Shown one piece after another: positions 18,239-26,018 of a stretch of DNA of 64,000 bases. The stretch spans positions 1-64,000 of IMG/VR virus record IMGVR_UViG_3300034063_000636; one strand, 5' to 3'. The translations under genes were made by a program, and so were the position numbers. This stretch comes from a virus. Below the pieces are notes generated by a model. That model did not search any database and was not told where the DNA came from. It was given only the letters and a program-made list of their open reading frames with translations. Within the stretch, counting starts at the first letter, position 1. Every line of letters starts with the position of its first letter.

Positions 18239-18390
18239 TTGGTGCTTGCAGGGAATTCACTGTGAGTCATCCGTCGGTGCAAAGACTTTTCCGTTTGAAT
18301 AGCACCAACGATATATGAGAGCGAACGGAATGCATTCTATGTTGCGTGGGGGCATAGATAAGAACGAACCTTAAATGGTAGCCCACGCCA
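18239..18390 (+). ncRNA. candidate pseudoknotted ncRNA between tRNA-Asn and tRNA-Ala
   Basis: stems TTGGTGCT/AGCACCAA, TTCCGTTT/GAACGGAA, CTATGT/GCATAG, GCGTGGG/CCCACGC. Confidence 0.4.
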
Positions 18391-18395
18391 TTTTT

Positions 18396-18470
18396 GGGGG
18401 ATTAGTGCTAATGGGAACACGCTGCGTTTGCATCGCAGAGTTGAGAGTTCGATTCTCTCATCCTCCACCA
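18396..18470 (+). tRNA. tRNA-Ala(UGC)
   Basis: G3:U70; CTGCG-TT-TGC-AT-CGCAG; CCA. Confidence 0.95.
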
Positions 18471-18473
18471 AAA

Positions 18474-18650
18474 CGTTCCGTCTAATCAGCGGATAGTCTA
18501 CCCAGATGATGAGAAACGGTGTGATAGCCGTAGGGTGGTTCCAGTCTAACCGAACTGGCGCTGGCAATGCGAGAATCCTCTTTGGTCGGGATGCGGATAC
18601 CACATAAGTGTTTGTGGTGGGATGACAAAAACCGCCGCAAAGAGGAAGCA
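18474..18650 (+). ncRNA. candidate structured ncRNA between tRNA-Ala and tRNA-Gln
   Basis: GC-rich; hairpins TCCG/CGGA, ACGGT/GCCGT, CCAGT/ACTGG; long stem TCCTCTTTG/CAAAGAGGA with nested GCGG/CCGC and ACCACA/TGTGGT. Confidence 0.5.
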
Positions 18651-18664
18651 ACTAATTTAGGATC

Positions 18665-18740
18665 GCTGGATGTGGCGAGCAGTAATGTGTCGCCTTCATC
18701 GGATGCCCAGAACGAGCAAACCCAGTTGTCTCATCCAGCA
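18665..18740 (+). ncRNA. tRNA-sized multi-stem element lacking tRNA consensus loops
   Basis: 76 nt; GCTGGATG/CATCCAGC-A closing stem, GGCGA/TCGCC and GAGCAA/TTGTCTC arms. Confidence 0.4.
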
Positions 18741-18748
18741 CTTTTTAT

Positions 18749-18822
18749 TGAGGAGTCGTCTAACGGCAGGACAGCAGGTTTTGATCCTGCTTATCGTGGT
18801 TCGAATCCATGCTCCTCAGCCA
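18749..18822 (+). tRNA. tRNA-Gln(UUG)
   Basis: U1:A72; GCAGG-TT-TTG-AT-CCTGC; CCA. Confidence 0.95.
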
Positions 18823-18826
18823 TATT

Positions 18827-18912
18827 GGGTGAACGGCGAAGTTGGAGAGTCGCGTCGGACTGTAAATCCGCTGCCATTGGCTGAGTAGGTTCGAATCCTA
18901 CTTCACCCACCA
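18827..18912 (+). tRNA. tRNA-Tyr(GUA)
   Basis: CT-GTA-AA loop, long variable arm, CCA. Confidence 0.93.
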
Positions 18913-18916
18913 TTTT

Positions 18917-18991
18917 GTTGCGGTGGCAGAAAAGTTATGCAAGAGTCTGCAAAACTCTTTTATGCTGGTGCGATTCCAGTCCGCAACTCCA
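18917..18991 (+). tRNA. tRNA-Cys(GCA)
   Basis: AGAGT-CT-GCA-AA-ACTCT; U73; T-loop TGCGATT; CCA. Confidence 0.9.
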
Positions 18992-18997
18992 GTTTAT

Positions 18998-19072
18998 GCG
19001 CGATTAACTCAGTGGTAGAGTAGCGCCTTTACACGGCGAATGTCGGGAGTTCGACCCTCTCATCGCGCACCA
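18998..19072 (+). tRNA. tRNA-Val(UAC)
   Basis: CGCC-TT-TAC-AC-GGCG; CCA. Confidence 0.95.
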
Positions 19073-19085
19073 GTTTGGAGTGATT

Positions 19086-19313
19086 ATGAAAAAATATATT
19101 CATGTCAATCAACATATAATTAGATCAAATAAAAAGAACAATGAGAATAATCCTGTGCTTACCATCAAGGAAGGCAGGAAGAACACTTATTGTCATCGTG
19201 TGAAGATTCACGGACCAAGTGAAGTTGTATACTCAGGAAATGAGAAATTACTTCTTCCTTGTGGTGCAAGAGTTGCTGTAGTTACAGAAAGCGAAATTGA
19301 AATTGTAGAATAA
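19086..19313 (+). CDS. conserved phage hypothetical protein
   Basis: IHVNQH.I..N.K...PV.T.K...GPS...CGARV; SD GGAG. Confidence 0.75.
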   Translation: MKKYIHVNQHIIRSNKKNNENNPVLTIKEGRKNTYCHRVKIHGPSEVVYSGNEKLLLPCGARVAVVTESEIEIVE

Positions 19314-19323
19314 ATAAGAGAAT

Positions 19324-19581
19324 ATGAATATGTTAAATCAATTACTTGAATATCTAAGTCCAAAAGTTGTTCGCAATACAACTCCTGATAGACTTGTGGA
19401 AAATCGACCGCAAGTTCTCAAGCCTACGCATGAAATTTATAAGGACACCAAGAAAGAGTGGCGGTGGCGTATCACTGCACGCAATGGTGATATTATTGCT
19501 GCCTCTTGCGAAGGATATAAGAATAAAGTTGACGCCGAGAAGAATTTAAGGTATATTACTAATCTAAGAATCGGACAGTAG
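19324..19581 (+). CDS. YegP/DUF1508 family protein
   Basis: EIYKD...EWRWR..A.NG.IIA.S.EGY.NK..A. Confidence 0.8.
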   Translation: MNMLNQLLEYLSPKVVRNTTPDRLVENRPQVLKPTHEIYKDTKKEWRWRITARNGDIIAASCEGYKNKVDAEKNLRYITNLRIGQ

Positions 19582-19648
19582 CACAGCCTGGTAGTGCATC
19601 TGCTTTGGGAGCAGAGGGTCGGAGGTTCGAATCCTCTCTGTCCGACCA
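19572..19648 (+). tRNA. tRNA-Pro(UGG)
   Basis: C1:G72; TCTGC-TT-TGG-GA-GCAGA; CCA. Confidence 0.95.
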
Positions 19649-19664
19649 ATTTTTGGAGATTGTT

Positions 19665-20234
19665 ATGGCAAATCATGTGAATACTTCGGTTCGGTTTGAG
19701 AAACTCAACGATGCTGGTAAAGCAAAGTTGCAAGAACTTTATTCTCGCATTCAACGAGAAGATAAAGGCTATGAATGGTTCAGTGATATTTTTGGTATTG
19801 ATCGTGAAACCAGCAATCTCTATGAGTGGAACGTAGAAAACGTTGGTCCGAAGTGGTGTTACTTCGAAGATCGCGGTGAAGATTATTTCAATACAGTTTC
19901 TGCTTGGAGTTTTCCACAAACAGGATTAGAATGGCTCTTTGAGCAGATTGCTTCTGTTGATCCTGACTTCATTGCCTCTGTGATGTATGAAGACGAAATG
20001 CCAAACTTCTTTGGTGTTTATGTCTACAATAAAGATGGTATCATTGATGGATGCGAGTGGGGCGAAGATGATGAAATCACCGAGATGATGCATGAAATGG
20101 TCCCATCACTTCGTGAATTAGATCAAGAAGAACAGAGCGATGTATATTTTGGTATTTGGTCAGATCATATTTGGGATCTTGTTCATGACAAACAAGATCA
20201 GGTATACAATGACATTATGGAGTCGTTGAAATAA
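19665..20234 (+). CDS. YubB/DUF1281 ferredoxin-like domain protein
   Basis: YEWN.EN.G.KW...F.SAWS.P...YEDE..NF.G; SD GGAG. Confidence 0.65.
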   Translation: MANHVNTSVRFEKLNDAGKAKLQELYSRIQREDKGYEWFSDIFGIDRETSNLYEWNVENVGPKWCYFEDRGEDYFNTVSAWSFPQTGLEWLFEQIASVDPDFIASVMYEDEMPNFFGVYVYNKDGIIDGCEWGEDDEITEMMHEMVPSLRELDQEEQSDVYFGIWSDHIWDLVHDKQDQVYNDIMESLK

Positions 20235-20239
20235 TTTTC

Positions 20240-20324
20240 GCGACTGTGGTGGAATCGGTATACACATGACACTTAAAATGTCACGGCGTTAGCCATGTCG
20301 GTTCAAGTCCGACCAGTCGCACCA
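20240..20324 (+). tRNA. tRNA-Leu(UAA)
   Basis: TGACA-CT-TAA-AA-TGTCA, long variable arm, CCA. Confidence 0.95.
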
Positions 20325-20325
20325 T

Positions 20326-20399
20326 GCGGGATTAGTTTAATGGTAAAACAGCAGATTTCCAATCTTCGGTCGAGAGTTCGATTCTCTCATCCCGCTCCA
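20326..20399 (+). tRNA. tRNA-Gly(UCC)
   Basis: GCGGGAT/ATCCCGC, U73, anticodon TCC, CCA. Confidence 0.93.
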
Positions 20400-20403
20400 T
20401 TTT

Positions 20404-20479
20404 GCGCTCGTAGTTCAGCGGATAGAACAACAGCCTTCTAAGCTGTGGGTCGCAGGTTCGATTCCTGCCGAGCGTGCCA
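20404..20479 (+). tRNA. tRNA-Arg(UCU)
   Basis: ACAGC-CT-TCT-AA-GCTGT; CCA. Confidence 0.95.
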
Positions 20480-20484
20480 CTATT

Positions 20485-20802
20485 ATGAGTCAAACAAAAC
20501 AATTAAAATTTGAAGATCTTCAACCGCATGTAGATATGCTGTGTGATGCTTTAGAAAACAAAGGAGCATCCTCTAGTGGAATTCCAAATCTAGAGGTGTA
20601 TCCATTTGCTGACAAATACAGATATATACTTGCTCAGGTGCGTGCAAAAGAATATACATTTGATGGATTGCTTTGTGATCTTTCTGCACTTCGAGTTCAA
20701 ACACTTGATGCAGCAATGAATAATCAGTACCATAGAGTTGGTAAAATTGTCGAAGCACTTGACATTTTCATATTAAAAGAATATAATAAGTGCATGAATT
20801 AG
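20485..20802 (+). CDS. hypothetical protein
   Basis: 105-aa ORF between tRNAs. Confidence 0.65.
   Translation: MSQTKQLKFEDLQPHVDMLCDALENKGASSSGIPNLEVYPFADKYRYILAQVRAKEYTFDGLLCDLSALRVQTLDAAMNNQYHRVGKIVEALDIFILKEYNKCMN
20759..20787 (+). promoter_or_regulatory. perfect-consensus sigma70 promoter
   Basis: TTGACA-17-TATAAT, 14 nt before tRNA-Ser. Confidence 0.85.
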
Positions 20803-20891
20803 GAAGGGTGGCAGAGCGGTTGAATGCATCAGTCTTGAAAACTGACGTCTCTTTACGGGGACCGTGAGTTCGAATCTCACCCCTTCCGCCA
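20802..20891 (+). tRNA. tRNA-Ser(UGA)
   Basis: TCAGT-CT-TGA-AA-ACTGA, long variable arm, G73-CCA. Confidence 0.95.
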
Positions 20892-20906
20892 AAATTTGAA
20901 ATCAAT

Positions 20907-20990
20907 GCCCATATGGTGGAATTGGTAGACACGATGGTCTTAGAAGCCATTGCCGAAAGCGTGGGGGTTCGAGTCCCTCTATGGGCACCA
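20907..20990 (+). tRNA. tRNA-Leu(UAG)
   Basis: ATGGT-CT-TAG-AA-GCCAT, variable arm, CCA. Confidence 0.95.
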
Positions 20991-21004
20991 GTTTGGAGAA
21001 GATT

Positions 21005-21847
21005 ATGAGTTACACAATTGGAATTATCGGCAAAGGATTTGTCGGTGGCGCAATGTATGAAAACTTTAAAGATGTTTTCAATACACTTGTTTGGGATACT
21101 GATGAGTCGAAACGTAACGTTGCAACATTTAAAGAGTTTGTTGAACAGTCTGAGATTATTTTTGTTTGTGTTCCAACACCAAGCCGACAAGATGGTTCTT
21201 GCGATACTAGTATTGTTGGATCAGTCTTAGACGATATTGCTCAAGTCGATCGTCGCAAATATGTTGTAATTAAATCCACAGTAACTCCTGGAACAACATC
21301 GCGTTACGCATCCGATTTCAACATGACAATTGGATTCAATCCTGAATTTCTCACAGAAGTCAATGCACACAATGACTTTCGAAATCAACGGTTGATTGTT
21401 ATTGGTGCAGATGATTCTGGTCTTGCTACTGTAATGACTCAATTATACTATGAGTTCAATTCAGCAGTCGACAATCATGCTCATGTGATTCAACGTACAA
21501 CGAAAGAAGCCGAGTTGTTCAAGTATCTTGCAAATAGTTTCTTGGCAACGAAAGTTATTTTCGCAAATGAGTTTAAAATTCTTTGCGATAAAGTCGACGT
21601 TGATTATGGTCGTATTGCAGAACTGGCTGTTCTTGATAAACGATTAGGACATACGCACTGGCGTGTTCCTGGTCCAGACGGACAATACGGATTCGGTGGA
21701 AGTTGCTTTCCGAAAGACACATCTGCACTATTATCATATGCTGACGAAGTGGGAACCGCACTGTGGATGCTCACTGAAGCAACTTATATCAACGAAGATC
21801 TTCGTGGTGAAAAGTTTATGAAACTCGAATTGGTCGAAGATAAATAA
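21005..21847 (+). CDS. UDP-glucose/GDP-mannose 6-dehydrogenase family (short form lacking the C-terminal domain)
   Basis: GKGFVG, CVPTP, IKSTV.PG, NPEFL, AELFKY..N.FLA.K..FANE, GFGGSCFPKD. Confidence 0.88.
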   Translation: MSYTIGIIGKGFVGGAMYENFKDVFNTLVWDTDESKRNVATFKEFVEQSEIIFVCVPTPSRQDGSCDTSIVGSVLDDIAQVDRRKYVVIKSTVTPGTTSRYASDFNMTIGFNPEFLTEVNAHNDFRNQRLIVIGADDSGLATVMTQLYYEFNSAVDNHAHVIQRTTKEAELFKYLANSFLATKVIFANEFKILCDKVDVDYGRIAELAVLDKRLGHTHWRVPGPDGQYGFGGSCFPKDTSALLSYADEVGTALWMLTEATYINEDLRGEKFMKLELVEDK

Positions 21848-21853
21848 TACATT

Positions 21854-22426
21854 ATGAGTTTAGTATTAGTTGTAGACAAAGGTGGAATGCCCAAAGACTG
21901 GGTGAACTTTGAAATGGCAGCGTGTTACTATGCCAAGAATAAAGTTCTCTGGGAATTGGGTGAAAAGATGAAAACCATGCTCGGTGGTCACAATCAGCAT
22001 GGTGAACAGTCGCGCATCGATATCTCTTGCATCATTGGTGTGAGTGGTCCATTACTAGGCGACAAATTCTATAATCAGCAAACTGTATTCGCCGATCGTA
22101 TGACATTATATGCTCGCGATTGGCACATCTGTGCTTATTGTGGAGATGAATTTAGCACTAGTCAATTGACAATTGATCACGTTCAGCCAAAGTCTCGTGG
22201 TGGCACGAATCAGTGGACAAATTGCGTCACTGCTTGTCGTCCATGTAACCATAAAAAGGGATGGAAGACGCCAGAAGAAGCAAAGATGCATCTTCTATAC
22301 GTTCCTTATGCTCCAACTGTACATGAGAGAATCTTACTAAAGAATCGTAAAGTTCTCGCTGATCAAATGGAATTTCTGAAAGCGAGCATTCCTAAACATA
22401 GTAGAGTATGGAGAAATATGATATGA
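21854..22426 (+). CDS. HNH endonuclease (McrA-like)
   Basis: RD...CAYCG...TIDHV.P.SRGG...W.N.V.AC..CN..K. Confidence 0.9.
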   Translation: MSLVLVVDKGGMPKDWVNFEMAACYYAKNKVLWELGEKMKTMLGGHNQHGEQSRIDISCIIGVSGPLLGDKFYNQQTVFADRMTLYARDWHICAYCGDEFSTSQLTIDHVQPKSRGGTNQWTNCVTACRPCNHKKGWKTPEEAKMHLLYVPYAPTVHERILLKNRKVLADQMEFLKASIPKHSRVWRNMI

Positions 22427-22575
22427 GCACTGGCGGAAAGGGAAGCAAGCCACGCCCATTGAGTGTTCCGAGAAAAAAGTTCGATGAAAATTGGGACAGA
22501 ATCTTTAAGAAGGGGAACAATGCGAAAACTAGATCTTCACGGAGTTCGTCATCGCGAAGTGGATCTATTGGTTGA
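22423..22575 (+). CDS. small conserved phage protein; not in ORF track
   Basis: MSTGGKGSKPRP...FDENWDRIF motif; SD GGAG. Confidence 0.65.
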   Translation: MSTGGKGSKPRPLSVPRKKFDENWDRIFKKGNNAKTRSSRSSSSRSGSIG

Positions 22576-22732
22576 GAATTATATTTTTGAACATCAACGA
22601 GACTTTCCAGTCGAAATAATTTGCGGAAATAGTTCTAGGATGATGTCATTGGTAATGAGAGTCTTAAAGAGACTCGATTGTGAGATTGATAAAAGTTTGT
22701 ATGGAATTATAATTGTTAGAAAATTTAAATAA
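22520..22732 (+). CDS. stand-alone Smr domain protein
   Basis: LDLHG.....V......I....P.EIICGNS..M...V; SD AGGGG. Confidence 0.75.
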   Translation: MRKLDLHGVRHREVDLLVENYIFEHQRDFPVEIICGNSSRMMSLVMRVLKRLDCEIDKSLYGIIIVRKFK

Positions 22733-22733
22733 T

Positions 22734-22809
22734 TGCGGGGTAGACTAGCGGTCAAGTCACTGGACTCATAATCCAGTTTCCGTAGGTTCGAATCCTACCC
22801 CCGCTACCA
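22734..22809 (+). tRNA. tRNA-Met(CAU), initiator-like
   Basis: CT-CAT-AA loop; 1:72 mismatch (U:U); A11:U24; CCA. Confidence 0.88.
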
Positions 22810-22816
22810 TTTTGGA

Positions 22817-23560
22817 GTGAGAATGATTTCTGTAATTGTTCCAATTTGTTGGGGCTTTAAACCATTTGTCAATTTTCTCTCTAATCTAGTGGAGTTGCCT
22901 GTTGTTGGAGAAGTGATCTTAATTAACAACAACAGGCAACTAACACCTCATGATGAGGTGTTAGAACATAGCAAAGTAAAGCATCATATCATGGAGGAAA
23001 ACATATTTGTGAATCCTTCATGGAACATGGGTGCATCATTAGCAGAAAATGATTTATTGTGTATCTTGAGCGATGATGTTCTAGTTGATTTGCGAGCATT
23101 CTTTGAAGCCGATAAATTTGTGACTAAAGAAGTTGGTGCACTTGGTATTGAAATACATCATGAGTATTTCAGAGCATTAAATTCTCAATATGAATATGTC
23201 ACGAATATTCAAAACATAATGATCTCTGGTGATATACAAATTACAGAACATCCTGTGCGTAGTGTGCCAGTTGCTGCAGGATCTCTATTCTTCATACACA
23301 AAGAAAATTGGATTGACATTCCAGAATCATTTAAAATATACTTTGGTGATACATGGACGTTTGATATTCAGCGACTGCTTGGTAGAAAGAACTATGCGAT
23401 GAAAAACGTTTTCTACCATACTCCATGGAATGCAGCATCTAAAATTGGAGTTAGTTCAGAGTATCAGCAAACAGAAGAATATAAACAAAACGAATCATTT
23501 GATAACTACCATAAGTTCATTTCAAATTTTATAGAAGAGAATAACATTCAAACATTATGA
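22817..23560 (+). CDS. glycosyltransferase, GT-A fold (family 2-like)
   Basis: ISVIVP, EVILINN, NIFVNPSWN.G, SDD, KIYFGD. Confidence 0.75.
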   Translation: MRMISVIVPICWGFKPFVNFLSNLVELPVVGEVILINNNRQLTPHDEVLEHSKVKHHIMEENIFVNPSWNMGASLAENDLLCILSDDVLVDLRAFFEADKFVTKEVGALGIEIHHEYFRALNSQYEYVTNIQNIMISGDIQITEHPVRSVPVAAGSLFFIHKENWIDIPESFKIYFGDTWTFDIQRLLGRKNYAMKNVFYHTPWNAASKIGVSSEYQQTEEYKQNESFDNYHKFISNFIEENNIQTL

Positions 23561-24552
23561 AAATACTATTTCACTGTGAGCAGTTAAACTATCGCGGCAC
23601 AACCAATTCTGTTTGTGATTATGCTTTGTACAATCAAGAAGTTCTTGGCAACGAAAGTGTAATTGTTTATAGTTCTAAGAGCCCAGAGGGATTAGACACA
23701 GGATCTGTTCCTTCTGTTGTAAACAAGTTTGCCAGTAAATTTAAACTGCTACAATATGATTCGAATGATCATCTAAACGATATTGCATCCAATTATGATT
23801 TCTGTTACAGTCAAAGAGCAGGAACCATAGTTGATATGGGTGGTATCACGCTGCCTGTTATAACATCGACAAAATTCGGAGTGCATTGCGTCTTTCAATA
23901 CTACAACCCACATGGCGATGTATATGCTTACATTTCTGAGTGGCTTGCTAAGAATGTTTCAATAACTTATAATGCTCCATTGCATCCGTTTGTTCCATAC
24001 ATTGTTGATCTGCCAAAGCCAACATACAACATTCGAGAGGCAATTGGGATTCCAAAGAACAAACTAGTTTTCGGAAGGCATGGTGGCAATAATACATTTG
24101 ACATTCCCTTTGTCAAACAAGTCATTGCGCGCATTGTGAGTGAAAGAGATGATATTGTATTCTTGTTTATGAATACTGAAAAGTTTATGGATCATCCGAA
24201 TGTTATATTCATCAATCCGATCTTTGATCGAAATATGATTTCAAATTTTGTTTCTGCCTGCGATGCCATGCTTCATGGAAGAAATCTTGGAGAATCATTT
24301 GGACTGGCAATTGCTGAATTCTTATATCACAACAAACCAGTTCTTGCATGGGAAGGTGGCTTTGATCGCAATCATGTCAACTGGTTGAGCAATTATGATT
24401 TGCTCTATAAAGATGAATCCGATTTGTATGCAAAGATCGTCAACTTCAGAGAAAGAGACAAGACGGTCGACTATTCTAAAATCGTCGAGCAGTTCACCCC
24501 AGCAAACGTCATGAGAGTCTTCCATGATGTATTCTTGTCATCGAACCGATAG
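23557..24552 (+). CDS. glycosyltransferase, GT-B fold (family 4-like)
   Basis: RGT....DYA.YN...LGN, FGRHGG..TFD, CDAMLHGR..GESFGLAIAE. Confidence 0.85.
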   Translation: MKILFHCEQLNYRGTTNSVCDYALYNQEVLGNESVIVYSSKSPEGLDTGSVPSVVNKFASKFKLLQYDSNDHLNDIASNYDFCYSQRAGTIVDMGGITLPVITSTKFGVHCVFQYYNPHGDVYAYISEWLAKNVSITYNAPLHPFVPYIVDLPKPTYNIREAIGIPKNKLVFGRHGGNNTFDIPFVKQVIARIVSERDDIVFLFMNTEKFMDHPNVIFINPIFDRNMISNFVSACDAMLHGRNLGESFGLAIAEFLYHNKPVLAWEGGFDRNHVNWLSNYDLLYKDESDLYAKIVNFRERDKTVDYSKIVEQFTPANVMRVFHDVFLSSNR

Positions 24553-24644
24553 GCTATCTGAGCCGTTTTCTCTTCCTACCCCAACCCTATCCCTTCCCTC
24601 GGAGGTCGCCGCTCTCCGAGGCTCTCGCTCGGCGAGAGGAGAGA

Positions 24645-24770
24645 CGTAAGTTATTGATTTTATTCAGGTTTTTTACACAAAACCACGTGGGTTTTTCACA
24701 CTCGTAAGTTATTGATTTTATTCGGGTTTTTAAACTTGCCTTTTTCACTCATTTCAGCGACAATAGTCTT
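24645..24770 (+). promoter_or_regulatory. early promoter with two IHF-like boxes
   Basis: CGTAAGTTATTGATT at 24645 and 24703; second box -18-TTGCCT-17-GACAAT-6-ATG. Confidence 0.75.
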
Positions 24771-24815
24771 ATGGGATGGGAAATTGGTCCCCCCGATATA
24801 GGAAGGAATATTATT

Positions 24816-25190
24816 ATGGGTTTCACTCTAAATCAAATGAAGGCGAATCTGGCTCGTGAGCGTCAGGTTGTGAAGGATATGATCTCTGCGATGAAAGAGA
24901 CTCGCAAGGCGATCAAGGTATCGCGACAGATGCAGAGTGCTCTCCGCGCTGAGATTCGCCGCGAGATGCAGATTAATCGCGTCGTGAAGGAAGATCATCG
25001 TCGGGCTGTGAAGGAAGCACGTGCGGCGAAGCGAGCCGAGAAGGTTGCTGCTCGTATCGCGAAAGCGGAGGCTCGTCTTCAGGCTCTGCGCGATAAGGCA
25101 AACGCGCCGAAGCAGATCCGCAAGAATTATCGCAAAGCCAGCCCTGTGAAGGTTTGGTCGGCGGAAGAAATTGCTGCGCTGAATGCGTAA
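24816..25190 (+). CDS. basic Ala/Lys/Arg-rich coiled-coil early protein
   Basis: SD GGAAGGA before ATG 24816; an in-frame leaderless ATG at 24771 is also possible. Confidence 0.7.
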   Translation: MGFTLNQMKANLARERQVVKDMISAMKETRKAIKVSRQMQSALRAEIRREMQINRVVKEDHRRAVKEARAAKRAEKVAARIAKAEARLQALRDKANAPKQIRKNYRKASPVKVWSAEEIAALNA

Positions 25191-25291
25191 GTGGTTGATG
25201 GAGCAGGGGATTTTCCCCTGCTTTACTTTTGCGATTGTTTATAGTATGATTGTTATTGTCCGTTGTTAATTTGTTATGGAGTTTTTATATT

Positions 25292-25711
25292 ATGGCTAAT
25301 CCTACTCGTAAGATGATTGAAGTGTATGAGATGTTGAAGGACGGCAAGCCGCTGAAGTTTGACACTCTTGTTTCCCGACTCGGCTGTAAGCCTGTGACTG
25401 CGATGGTCTTGATCTGTGCATTGAAGCGTGACTGCAATGCCGATATTGAGACGATCCGCGATGGTCGTAAGGTTGACTCGTATCAGTTGCATAATGCTGC
25501 TGCTATTGCGAGCAAGATGGTCGGTAAGGCAAAGGCAACCAAGGCACCGAAGGCTGCGAAGGTTGCTGTGCTGAAAACCAAGACCACTGTGACTCGTAAG
25601 TCAAAGGTCGCCGCCGATGAGGTTCCGACTGTAGACGTTGAGGAAGTTGGTGATGATGAACTTGCCTCGTTGAAGGCTGAGTTGGGTCTGAGCGATTCTT
25701 ACTCTGAGTGA
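25292..25711 (+). CDS. putative winged-helix DNA-binding protein with KA-rich linker and acidic tail
   Basis: helical N-domain plus beta hairpin (IETIRDGRKVDSYQL), KAKATKAPKAAK; SD GGAG. Confidence 0.6.
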   Translation: MANPTRKMIEVYEMLKDGKPLKFDTLVSRLGCKPVTAMVLICALKRDCNADIETIRDGRKVDSYQLHNAAAIASKMVGKAKATKAPKAAKVAVLKTKTTVTRKSKVAADEVPTVDVEEVGDDELASLKAELGLSDSYSE

Positions 25712-25724
25712 GAGTCGCGCTAAC

Positions 25725-25753
25725 AAAGTGGGGACTTCGGTCCCCACTTTTTT
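25725..25753 (+). terminator. intrinsic terminator (cUUCGg)
   Basis: AAAGTGGGGAC-TTCG-GTCCCCACTTTTTT. Confidence 0.9.
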
Positions 25754-25766
25754 CTACAGGTGAAAT

Positions 25767-26018
25767 ATGAGCAAAATTACGACTAGTGATGATGAGTTGC
25801 TTGCTATTGAAATGTCATATGGCGAGTTGACTCGAAGATTCGCAGAAGAAGGCATCAATCCATTTGCCTGTGCTGCTGTGATGACCAAGTTAGCATTCAT
25901 GATCTACAAGACTTCATTGAATGCTGAAGATTATGATACAATGATCAATGAAATCTCTGACAATCGAGATAAGATCAAGTCTTTTACAGAATATGGAAGT
26001 TCAGGAAGATTGAACTGA
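25767..26018 (+). CDS. hypothetical protein
   Basis: A.VM...A..IYKT.L..EDY..M...I...R..I pattern. Confidence 0.7.
   Translation: MSKITTSDDELLAIEMSYGELTRRFAEEGINPFACAAVMTKLAFMIYKTSLNAEDYDTMINEISDNRDKIKSFTEYGSSGRLN

Noticed and set aside
18500-18520. Hammerhead ribozyme core (GATGATGAGAAAC)
   Set aside because: Lacks CTGATGA and has no stem II between the GA and GAAA elements.
17818-18888. ORF-track proteins across the tRNA cluster
   Set aside because: They overlap well-formed tRNAs and structured RNA, have no SD and show no protein-like motifs.
20802-20990. Suppressor tRNAs or stop-codon recoding (TGA, TAG, TAA in anticodon loops)
   Set aside because: These triplets are the anticodons of ordinary Ser(UGA), Leu(UAG) and Leu(UAA) tRNAs; genes translate fully in the standard code.
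21854-22426. HNH gene as a mobile homing element
   Set aside because: It resembles stand-alone McrA-type HNH proteins, has no intron context or DNA-binding tail, and does not interrupt a gene.
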